This document shows positions 56,288 through 64,000 of a DNA stretch of 64,000 bases, piece after piece (position 1 is the first letter of the stretch; every line of letters begins with the position of its first letter). Source of the DNA: Patescibacteria group bacterium (GTDB lineage: Bacteria; Patescibacteriota; Patescibacteriia; UBA9934); the NCBI GenBank assembly GCA_041661425.1, contig JBAZUI010000002.1:38-64037 (forward strand), written 5' to 3'. The position numbers were made by a program, and so were the translations under genes. The notes below the pieces were generated by a model. It made no database searches. It saw only the letters and a list, made by a program, of their open reading frames with translations, and was not told where the DNA came from.

Positions 56288-56548
56288 ATGAAATTTGAGA
56301 ATATTGTAAAAATATTATTGATGTTTGTTGTCGCGATCGTCGCTTTGTTATTTATTCGAAAAGTTGAAAGATACTTGAATGCTGATATTGCCTACAGTCA
56401 ACTGATTTGTGGTGATAGTGCATACATAATCTATAAGGGCTACGACGATCAGGCGGATGATGTAAGGGAGCATGATTTGGCATTAAGATTGCAAGAATGT
56501 CTAAATGTTCAAACTGAATTCCAAAAGACTTCTTTGTTTGGTGAGTAG
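56288..56548 (+). CDS. Small membrane-anchored hypothetical protein
   Basis: ORF track; TM LLMFVVAIVALLFI. Confidence 0.35.
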   Translation: MKFENIVKILLMFVVAIVALLFIRKVERYLNADIAYSQLICGDSAYIIYKGYDDQADDVREHDLALRLQECLNVQTEFQKTSLFGE

Positions 56549-56600
56549 TCTCCTGATATCTTAATTAATCGCTCACGTAGTTGTTTGCCATAAGAACAGG

Positions 56601-57518
56601 TTGTTACTCATTGCATTTATCAACCTCAATAGGGATTATTTGCTATACTTCTTCTATATGAAAAATCATCTTGTAAAAAAAGAGCAAATCGTTGCGGGCA
56701 TGAGTTTACTTGCCGGAACGATCATGTTTGCTCTCTTGATTCTTGCGCTTTCATTAAGACTACCTTCTCAACTATCAACATGGGAGGCCTTGGCGGTGTC
56801 TCTATTTTTATGTCCCTTTTTCGATTATTCTTGGATTATTATTAATAAAGCAAAAACTCAACGCGCAGAATGGAAAACGGATTCGAGCACATTCGAGAAG
56901 GCACATTTATATTACGATATTATAAAGGGCATTTTTGGAATTCTATTGATTTGCGCTATCGGGATTGGACTGGGATATCTTTTCTTGCGTGAGACAACGG
57001 GTTTCCTGGTCGGAGCGTCGTTCTTTGTACAGATTGGAGTCTATTTTCTTTATTTTGTATTTCTTCGAAAACCAATTCGTAAATTATTCAAAGGAGCGAT
57101 CTCAAAGGTTCAGCCAAAATCAAGTAAATTCATCCCCCACTATGAGCTAAAAGGGGATAGCGTTTCACTCGATTTAGGAATTCAAGATCTACACAACCGC
57201 GAGAAGCGATTTGTTATTACTTTTTCTTTTACAGAGCTTGAAAAGCTCGAAGTGATGACTTATTTGGAGGCACAACAATTTATGAAATACCAGTCTGGAT
57301 TGGGTCTTGGGGAGAGAATTTCAACGGGCGCAAGTTCTATTCGCGAAAAAATCGAGTTTATCCGAAAAGGTGAGCGACCAAATTATTATAGTGACGTGCG
57401 GGATATGCGCTTGCCTGTGCTTATTATGATGGGGCCAGAGATTTTGTATGCAGTGAGTGTGGGAAATGAGGAAAATGAGGGATTAGTGAATGCATTCAAT
57501 GAATATAAACAAAAATAA
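56601..57518 (+). CDS. Polytopic membrane hypothetical protein
   Basis: 4-5 predicted TM helices. Confidence 0.4.
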   Translation: MLLIAFINLNRDYLLYFFYMKNHLVKKEQIVAGMSLLAGTIMFALLILALSLRLPSQLSTWEALAVSLFLCPFFDYSWIIINKAKTQRAEWKTDSSTFEKAHLYYDIIKGIFGILLICAIGIGLGYLFLRETTGFLVGASFFVQIGVYFLYFVFLRKPIRKLFKGAISKVQPKSSKFIPHYELKGDSVSLDLGIQDLHNREKRFVITFSFTELEKLEVMTYLEAQQFMKYQSGLGLGERISTGASSIREKIEFIRKGERPNYYSDVRDMRLPVLIMMGPEILYAVSVGNEENEGLVNAFNEYKQK

Positions 57519-57524
57519 ATATTT

Positions 57525-57857
57525 ATGAAAAAAATTACTCCTGCCCTGCATTCATTTCTTCATGCCCTGCTTCTTACAAGCTACATCGTGCTTGTTGTGC
57601 TTGTCTTATTTAATGCAGAGGCGTGGTTTGGAGACATGAATACGATTCTTGGCCCAATGGCGTTTCTCATGCTCTTGGTTCTTTCAGTTGCTATTTCCGG
57701 AGTGCTCATGTTTGGCAAACCAATCCTCATGTATTTGGATAATAAGAAAACCGAGGCAATACGATTTTTTGGATACACCATCCTTTGGTTTTCAATTCTC
57801 ATGATATTAGTTTTTGCCACTCAGTTTATTGTTGAGCGTTTATTATTCGTGGCATAA
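57525..57857 (+). CDS. Small 3-TM membrane hypothetical protein
   Basis: ORF track. Confidence 0.4.
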   Translation: MKKITPALHSFLHALLLTSYIVLVVLVLFNAEAWFGDMNTILGPMAFLMLLVLSVAISGVLMFGKPILMYLDNKKTEAIRFFGYTILWFSILMILVFATQFIVERLLFVA

Positions 57858-57889
57858 CTGGTATCCTTAGGTCAGGGTAATCCAAGAAT

Positions 57890-58462
57890 ATGGAAACTGA
57901 CCGTCTCTTTTTAGCTATTCCACTGCCGATTGAGGTTCGCAAGGAAATCGCCGCAATTGCCGGCCATGTGCACGAACAGTTGCGATTTTCCAAGGTGAGC
58001 TGGGTTCCGATTGAAAATTATCACATCACTCTGCATTTTCTGGGAGAATTCCCCAAGGAATCGCAGAGTGATTTTGTTTTAGCACTTCGAGAAAAAATCT
58101 ATCCAAACTCATTTGAAATTCGGTTAAAAGAGATCGGAGCATTTCCAAGCAAGAAAAATCCACAAACGATTTTTGTGGAAACGACCATTCATCCGTCCCT
58201 TTTGGGCTTGCGAAAAAGGGTTGGAGATGTACTTGCGAGCTTTGGGTGGTCTATTGATCGCCGTGTTTGGCATTCACATGTGACCATTGGTCGAGTGAAG
58301 AAACGCTCGGAAGTTCTGCAACCGGAAAAAATATCTGTTCCTCCCACGTATTTTTCTGTTCGGAGTTTTCAACTCATGAAAAGCACGCTTGGCCACGAGG
58401 GGAGCGCTTACGAGATTGTCTCTCGGTTTCGGCTAGAGGATAAGGAGACCAAGAAGAAGTGA
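57890..58462 (+). CDS. thpR: RNA 2',3'-cyclic phosphodiesterase (LigT/ThpR, 2H family)
   Basis: Two H-x-T/S-x motifs (HITLHFLG, HVTIGRV). Confidence 0.75.
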   Translation: METDRLFLAIPLPIEVRKEIAAIAGHVHEQLRFSKVSWVPIENYHITLHFLGEFPKESQSDFVLALREKIYPNSFEIRLKEIGAFPSKKNPQTIFVETTIHPSLLGLRKRVGDVLASFGWSIDRRVWHSHVTIGRVKKRSEVLQPEKISVPPTYFSVRSFQLMKSTLGHEGSAYEIVSRFRLEDKETKKK

Positions 58463-59659
58463 CGTGAAGATTGAAAGGTCGTTTTTCATGAATGGCACGT
58501 CCACGAGTCCGTGGATCACCATGGTCATGATCGCAGCAAAAGCGGCAATTTTTATGATATTTCGCGGCTCACGGAATAGCGATTTTGTGATGAGTACAAG
58601 AAACCAGATGCTCGCAATGATGCCAATGACTCCAAGCTCGCTCCAGATATTGAGGAGAATATTGTGCGGATACTGGAAGATTTCGTAGAGTGTGGGGTCG
58701 TGATAGGGCTCAAGAACTTGCGGATAGGCATTAAGACCAGCGCCAAAAAATGGGTGATCAAGAAGCATTTGTAATGTTTCTTGCCATTGTGAACGTCGCA
58801 CAAGTCCGGAATCATCGAGTAAAAGGACCTTCTCCTGCACAGCCGGGAAAGCAAGAAACAGGGCGGCGAAGATCACGGCCGCTGTGAGAGCGAGGTACCA
58901 TTTTTTGCGTGGGTGGATGTCGATCGCGAGCGTTGTGACAATCAAGGCAAAAGGAATAGCGATAAAAGCGGCCTCGGTTTTAGCGAGGATAATGGCCGTG
59001 CCGCAAAGAATCGCGGAAGATGCCCAAAAAATAAGTACTTGTTTTCGATGGGAAAACCACGGATGTTTTTCTTTTGAGAAAAGAAAAATGAATGAAAAAG
59101 CCGTAATTGGGGCAAGGAAAAGGCCGAGCGCATTCGGATAATCAAACCAACCCGTGATACGACGCTCTAAATCCCATGGTTCCGGGATTCCCATGCCTGT
59201 TGCATATTGAAAGATGGCAAAAAGACTTGCCATCATCCCGGAAATCGCAAGAACGGAAAAAAGAATCGTGCGATCTTCGGGTTTTTTCAAGAGCGAAAGG
59301 GACATGAGAAGAACAAGAATGGCTTCAAAATAATAAGCCTTGAGAATTCCAAGTGCTCCATAAAGATCGGGAGCAATCATGGCTCCAAGGCAAGCGGCCG
59401 CAAGGAGAAGAAGAATTGGGCTCGCCCAAGGCTTAAGGGCGGAAAGAGGGATATTGCGATAGCCTTTTTTGATAATCCAAACGACGAAGAGCTCAAGAAT
59501 CATTCCTTCAAGAAGCGTTGAAGGGATCGGACCGATTGAAAAACGGATAAGATAGACGGGAAGAAGCCCGGCAAGAGCAAAGAGGGCGATTTTTTGATTT
59601 CTCCAAGCAAGAAAAGCAAATGCGGCGAGGAAAATGGTAATGAAGATCGCGAAGATCAT
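58433..59659 (-). CDS. O-antigen ligase-like (WaaL/Wzy_C family) polytopic membrane protein
   Basis: About 10 TM with a large periplasmic loop; assignment by architecture and context (adjacent Wzx). Confidence 0.5.
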   Translation of the reverse strand: MIFAIFITIFLAAFAFLAWRNQKIALFALAGLLPVYLIRFSIGPIPSTLLEGMILELFVVWIIKKGYRNIPLSALKPWASPILLLLAAACLGAMIAPDLYGALGILKAYYFEAILVLLMSLSLLKKPEDRTILFSVLAISGMMASLFAIFQYATGMGIPEPWDLERRITGWFDYPNALGLFLAPITAFSFIFLFSKEKHPWFSHRKQVLIFWASSAILCGTAIILAKTEAAFIAIPFALIVTTLAIDIHPRKKWYLALTAAVIFAALFLAFPAVQEKVLLLDDSGLVRRSQWQETLQMLLDHPFFGAGLNAYPQVLEPYHDPTLYEIFQYPHNILLNIWSELGVIGIIASIWFLVLITKSLFREPRNIIKIAAFAAIMTMVIHGLVDVPFMKNDLSIFTSLLLGLLIL

Positions 59660-59660
59660 A

Positions 59661-61094
59661 TTATGGAATGGCTATTGGGGGTTTTTCAGGGAGAAAGAGA
59701 TTTTTCATATCGCGAATTTTGGGTCCGCCAATGGCCGAGAGAGCAATAAAGTACACACCAATGCCAATGAGGATCGCAAAAATCACATTCATATCCGGAA
59801 GAAGTCGCAAAATAATATACATCGTGAGCCCCGCGAGCATGGCGCGTGCGGCAGAAAGGAGCTTTGGGACGAACTTCCCACATTTTGCAACGCAGATGAA
59901 TGTGAGTATTCCAATGGAAGTCTCGGCAATGAGCGTCCACCAGGCCGCGGCCCACATCCCGTAGATTGGAATGAAATAGAAATAGCCGGCAACCGTCATG
60001 ATTGCGACAGCAAGATAGGCGAGTGTCATGATCTTTTGTTTTTTTACAGCAACCACCGCATGTCCAAATAGGGAATTGATAAATACAATCGATGCCGCAG
60101 GTCCAAGAATTGCAAGCACGGCTCCTGCCTCGCTAAATTCTTCGCCTGAGATGAGCTCCATGACAGGTCTCCCAAGTGCGATTGATCCGAGGGCAAAAGG
60201 AATCGCAAGAATGATCAGAAAATCGAATGAATCTTGCATGGAGCGCAGAAAATCTTTTTTATCACCCATAAATGCCCTCACCAGTATCGGGAGGGCAAGC
60301 CCCATATACATAACCGGGATCGTTGTGATGACGTCAACGACTTTATAGGCCGCGCCATAGATGCCAACTTCAGCGTTCGATCGGAAAAGCGAAAGGAAAA
60401 TGATATCGCCGCGAAGATAGATGAGATTGAAAAAAATCGAGGCGCCAATCGGCCAACTTCGGGAAATAATATCTTTGACCGTTGCTAAGTGGAAACGGAA
60501 GCGAAGCGTGACGTGATGCCGAGAGAAAAAGAGAATGGAGAGAAGCTGAAGTGCATTTCCAAAAACAAAAAGCCAAACAATGCTCACGAGTCCAAGGTCG
60601 TATTTGGCTGCAAAACAAGCTCCAACAAGAACAAGCAGACGATTGAGCAACTCAGCGAGAACGGTCCAGTGCATGATGAGACGTTTTTGAAAAACACCCA
60701 CGAGCATCTGCGAGGTCGTGCCAAAAAGATAGGAAATCGCTCCAACGGCAATGCCGATGATAATAACGTGATCGTATGGGAAAAAGAGCGCGGTCACGGG
60801 CGCGAGAGAAAGAAAGAGAACCGCAGAAATAATGCGGATTGTTAGGAGGTTCCCGAGAATTTTATTTTCTTCTGCTTTATCCTCAGAAATCATTTGGACG
60901 GTCGTGAGCGTGAGGCCAAAATCAACAATCGCGGCAAAAACCGAGAGGAAAGTGAGAATAATGGTGAGTTGCCCATAGCCCTCTGGGGCAAGATAGCGGC
61001 TAAGAACGGCAACGGCAAGGATCCCAAAGATATTTCCAAGCATTTTTCCAATGCTTTGGATGGCGGTATTGCGGGCAAGCGCGGTTTTGTCCAT
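59661..61094 (-). CDS. Oligosaccharide flippase (Wzx/MOP superfamily)
   Basis: 12-14 TM; N-terminus MDKTALARNTAIQSIGKMLGNIFGILAVAVLSRYL typical of polysaccharide-biosynthesis MOP flippases. Confidence 0.7.
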   Translation of the reverse strand: MDKTALARNTAIQSIGKMLGNIFGILAVAVLSRYLAPEGYGQLTIILTFLSVFAAIVDFGLTLTTVQMISEDKAEENKILGNLLTIRIISAVLFLSLAPVTALFFPYDHVIIIGIAVGAISYLFGTTSQMLVGVFQKRLIMHWTVLAELLNRLLVLVGACFAAKYDLGLVSIVWLFVFGNALQLLSILFFSRHHVTLRFRFHLATVKDIISRSWPIGASIFFNLIYLRGDIIFLSLFRSNAEVGIYGAAYKVVDVITTIPVMYMGLALPILVRAFMGDKKDFLRSMQDSFDFLIILAIPFALGSIALGRPVMELISGEEFSEAGAVLAILGPAASIVFINSLFGHAVVAVKKQKIMTLAYLAVAIMTVAGYFYFIPIYGMWAAAWWTLIAETSIGILTFICVAKCGKFVPKLLSAARAMLAGLTMYIILRLLPDMNVIFAILIGIGVYFIALSAIGGPKIRDMKNLFLPEKPPIAIP

Positions 61095-61160
61095 ACGGAA
61101 GAAGTATAGCAGAAATTGATTGCTTTTTTGAGCAGATATTTTGTGCTATCATAGGAGTGT

Positions 61161-63017
61161 ATGACTCATTTTACTGTTCATAAGAATTTTTTGAGAAAGA
61201 TCGTGGTCGCTTCTCTTGCTTTTGCAAGCATATTTACTGGGTGTTTTGGAACAATGGCTCCAGCAAAGGCGTCCGGGTCATATGAAGCCATGATTGTTTC
61301 GCTCTCGGGGAGTGGCACGCTTTCGATGCTCCCTGGGGAAAAGAAAGAGGTGACCGTTGTTTTCCAAAATACAGGTTCAGCCACATGGAAAAATGATGGA
61401 GCCGGCTATCTTTCGCTCTACACGTACAATCCAAAATATCGCAAAAGTGTTTTTGATCCCGGCACCTGGCTTTGGGGAGATCATGTGAAGCGTATTCGTG
61501 AGGCGAGTGTGGCTCCCGGGGGGACGGCGAGCATTTCTTTTGAATTGAAGGCGCCGCTGGCGAAAGGAGTCTACGAAGAGAGTTTTCAACTGGCGGCCGA
61601 GGATACGGCCTGGGTCTCGGGTGGGGCGGTTGCCTTTAAAATTTCCGTGCAGGATGTGGGAACCTCGGCTTCGACAACAACTTCCACGACTGCGTCAGCA
61701 ACCACGACGAATTCGAGCGATGGATACGAGGCATCTCTAAGTGTGCGATCTGCAGATTCCATTAAAGCTATTGCTGGTCGATCCATTCTTTTTACAGTCG
61801 GATTTACAAATACCGGAACAAAAACATGGAATTCCTACAGCCTCACTACAGGGGATGTTTCCATGGCTTCCTCTTCCTCTTTTCGTCATCCATCATGGGT
61901 CGATTCGCAATTAGCAGTGGCAAGTAGCTCGGTAAAGCCAGGAGAAATGGCGATTCTTTCTTTTTCACTAACCGCACCGAGCACGAATGGCCGTCACACA
62001 GCGAAATTTCAATTTAGCGCTGATGGAGTAGATGTTGATGATGCGTTTATCGAGATCCCGGTTGATGTGACCGGTGGATCAGCTGAAGCGGTTGCCTCGC
62101 CGGAAAATGAAAATGCCATCGATACCACGGATTACATCGAAGAGCCTCTGCTTCGAGTTGGCGTGTTGATTGTCGATGAGGAAACAGATAATGAGGTTGT
62201 GATCACCTGCGAAGAGAATGATTTTAATCTTCGTGATATCAATGGAAATCTTCTCGCGGAGCTCGAAGCAGGCGATGAAGTCACGGCCTCCTACGACGGT
62301 GAACGCTATCTTTATGATGTCGGTCGGGGGACGGAATATTCTTCGTATGGCTTGCGTTTTGAACCGGAAACAGAGAATGCGGTCATGAAAATTGCTAATT
62401 TCGATCGCCGGGTAACGCGCAGCGCGGCTTATGCTGATAATGAATATCGAAATATTCTTGAGCTTCGCTATAACGACTATAAGGATCGGACATGGATCAT
62501 CAATGAAATTGATATTGAATGGTATTTGCGTGGATTAGCGGAAACATCAAATTCTTCCCCACTTGAATATCAAAAAGCACTCATTAGCGCGGCGAGAACT
62601 TTCGCCTATTATCATTGGACACACGCGACAAAGCGTGCAAAGGAGTTTATGACGATCGTCGGATACTCCGATGATCAAGTTTATAACGGATACGGACAGG
62701 AAAAACGCTCACCGAATATTGTCGCTGGAGTTGAGGCAACACGCGGAAAAGTGGTGACCTATGCCGGTGACATTGCCATTACTCCATATTTTTCGCGATC
62801 CGACGGCCACACGCGTAATTGGTCTGATGTTTGGTATGGAAGTTTAGCGTGGTGCCAATCAGTTGATGTGCCATGGGATGATGGAAAAACGCTTTGGGGT
62901 CATGGAGTAGGGATGTCTGCTTCCGGCGCACTCGGAGCAGCAAAAGATGGATATAATTGGGAAGAGATCCTTAAGTATTTTTATACTGGGATCGATTTAG
63001 AAAAACGATGGGAATAG
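61161..63017 (+). CDS. SpoIID/LytB-domain protein with N-terminal tandem Ig-like (NBR1-like) modules
   Basis: C-terminal SpoIID region (EMDIEWYLRGLAE..., ...VVTYAGDIAITPYFSRSDGHTRNWSDVW...); three N-terminal beta-sandwich repeats. Confidence 0.75.
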   Translation: MTHFTVHKNFLRKIVVASLAFASIFTGCFGTMAPAKASGSYEAMIVSLSGSGTLSMLPGEKKEVTVVFQNTGSATWKNDGAGYLSLYTYNPKYRKSVFDPGTWLWGDHVKRIREASVAPGGTASISFELKAPLAKGVYEESFQLAAEDTAWVSGGAVAFKISVQDVGTSASTTTSTTASATTTNSSDGYEASLSVRSADSIKAIAGRSILFTVGFTNTGTKTWNSYSLTTGDVSMASSSSFRHPSWVDSQLAVASSSVKPGEMAILSFSLTAPSTNGRHTAKFQFSADGVDVDDAFIEIPVDVTGGSAEAVASPENENAIDTTDYIEEPLLRVGVLIVDEETDNEVVITCEENDFNLRDINGNLLAELEAGDEVTASYDGERYLYDVGRGTEYSSYGLRFEPETENAVMKIANFDRRVTRSAAYADNEYRNILELRYNDYKDRTWIINEIDIEWYLRGLAETSNSSPLEYQKALISAARTFAYYHWTHATKRAKEFMTIVGYSDDQVYNGYGQEKRSPNIVAGVEATRGKVVTYAGDIAITPYFSRSDGHTRNWSDVWYGSLAWCQSVDVPWDDGKTLWGHGVGMSASGALGAAKDGYNWEEILKYFYTGIDLEKRWE

Positions 63018-63164
63018 GGAATGGATACTTTTACCTTTGGATGCAGAACGAGGAAAAAACCGAGCAACGAGGAGCCGTACCAATATGTACGGTGACGAAG
63101 TGCGGAGGTTTTTGACAAAGTTATGCGCCAAAGGTGAAAGTATCTAATAATCAAAAATCGGCGT

Positions 63165-63935
63165 TTACGCCGGTTTTTGTTTTAGGTAATCCCAAAGCAA
63201 GTTGAAAATTGTGCGCTGAAGATCGGCTAATTCCTTTGATTCAATAATGACGGCCATTTTTTCTTTCCACGAAGCGATGAGCATTTTATCGTTATAGATA
63301 TTTACTTCGGGTGAAAACGTCACATTCTTGTCCTGAAGGATGATGGATTCACGAAGTTCGTGATTATCTTTTTTTGCTCGATCAATTGATAGTTTATTGT
63401 TAGGCATTATCGCCTTGATGGGAATCCCTGCCTTTGCCCGACGGGCATAGTATTCCGGAAAGAATTCCGGCAACCCCTCGTGCATGGTTTCGACGTTTGC
63501 ATAGGCGAGAATGCCTTCTTTTGTGGTGAGCGTATCCTCATAGGCTTCGCGCATGCCTTTTTCACCTTCGTAAAAGGCAACCTTTGGCTTCGCACTTTTA
63601 GGATGTATAAGCGAAGATAATTCCGGTAGAATTTCCTTGATTTTTTCTTTTTGTTGATTGATTTTCTTTTCAGCCTCTTCTTTCTCTCTATCCAAATAAT
63701 TCAATAATCGCCGCGGATCGCCTGCAGTAAAGTAAATCTTGCCCTTTTTCCGGAATTTGCTTACAAGTCCGCGTTTTACGAGGTGTTCAAGTACGTCATA
63801 ACAACTCGTCCGGTTGATACCGGAATTCTTCGAAACTTCGGTAACCGTAGCAGAATCGAGCTCCAGAAGGGCAATATAGACCTTGATTTCACTTTGTGCA
63901 AAGCCGAGTTCTTCGAGAATCTTTGGATATTGCAT
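63165..63935 (-). CDS. TrmB-family transcriptional regulator
   Basis: N-terminal wHTH (LGFAQSEIKVYIALLELDSATVTEVSKNSGINRTSCYDVLEHLVKRGLV) plus coiled coil plus C-terminal sensor-like domain. Confidence 0.6.
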   Translation of the reverse strand: MQYPKILEELGFAQSEIKVYIALLELDSATVTEVSKNSGINRTSCYDVLEHLVKRGLVSKFRKKGKIYFTAGDPRRLLNYLDREKEEAEKKINQQKEKIKEILPELSSLIHPKSAKPKVAFYEGEKGMREAYEDTLTTKEGILAYANVETMHEGLPEFFPEYYARRAKAGIPIKAIMPNNKLSIDRAKKDNHELRESIILQDKNVTFSPEVNIYNDKMLIASWKEKMAVIIESKELADLQRTIFNLLWDYLKQKPA

Positions 63936-64000
63936 AGTTTTTGTGGGAGTTACTTACGACAATAATATCATATCAAATTAGCCAAAATATGTCAATAATT

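Overview
This 64 kb window looks like the chromosome of a moderate-GC (about 40-45%) bacterium, plausibly a CPR/Patescibacteria-like lineage. It spans the replication origin: rpmH-rnpA-yidD lie divergent from dnaA-dnaN, DnaA-box clusters sit on both sides of dnaA, and an AT-rich unwinding element lies just before dnaN.

Housekeeping genes recognisable from conserved motifs include polA, holA, rpsT, rmuC, xth, xerC/D-like recombinase, rpsO, pnp, dksA-like, lspA, yifB/comM, an M23/LysM peptidase, H+-pyrophosphatase, tig, PBP1A, iscS/nifU, ferredoxin plus FAD-oxidoreductase, PGI/PMI, galU, Wzx and SpoIID. Seven tRNA genes are present: Ala-CGC, Arg-CCT, His-GTG, Arg-TCT, Cys-GCA and Ser-CGA, plus the expected anticodon-stem features noted below.

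The most unusual content:
1. A GC-rich, tandemly triplicated cassette (17.7-19.5 kb) encodes three diverging small proteins that carry an RNA-polymerase alpha-subunit C-terminal-domain-like fold. Each copy has its own conserved sigma70-like promoter, a nested 5'UTR hairpin and a GC-rich hairpin, and the array sits next to the tyrosine recombinase and two tRNAs.
2. A roughly 3 kb high-GC island (46.9-49.95 kb) carries two unknown genes, a multi-TM membrane protein and a secreted Pro/Tyr/His-rich coiled-coil protein, with divergent promoters and three GC-rich palindromes between them.
3. Immediately next to that island is an array of six tandem paralogs of small two-helix, signal-peptide-bearing proteins that resemble TrbC/VirB2 type-IV-secretion pilins.
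4. A third small GC-rich insert (30.5-31.0 kb) has a ribosome-binding context nearly identical to that of the island's secreted protein.
5. An 18-bp direct repeat of the tRNA-Ser 3' end, plus a 23-nt palindromic motif shared exactly with the GC island, points to past site-specific integration at tRNA-Ser.

Smaller observations: yifB carries an in-frame TGA at a conserved Arg codon; there is a promoter-to-terminator structured ncRNA candidate of about 350 nt upstream of dksA; and a cluster of very large surface-protein genes at the left edge has internal repeats. No CRISPR array, reverse transcriptase or obvious toxin-antitoxin pair was seen.
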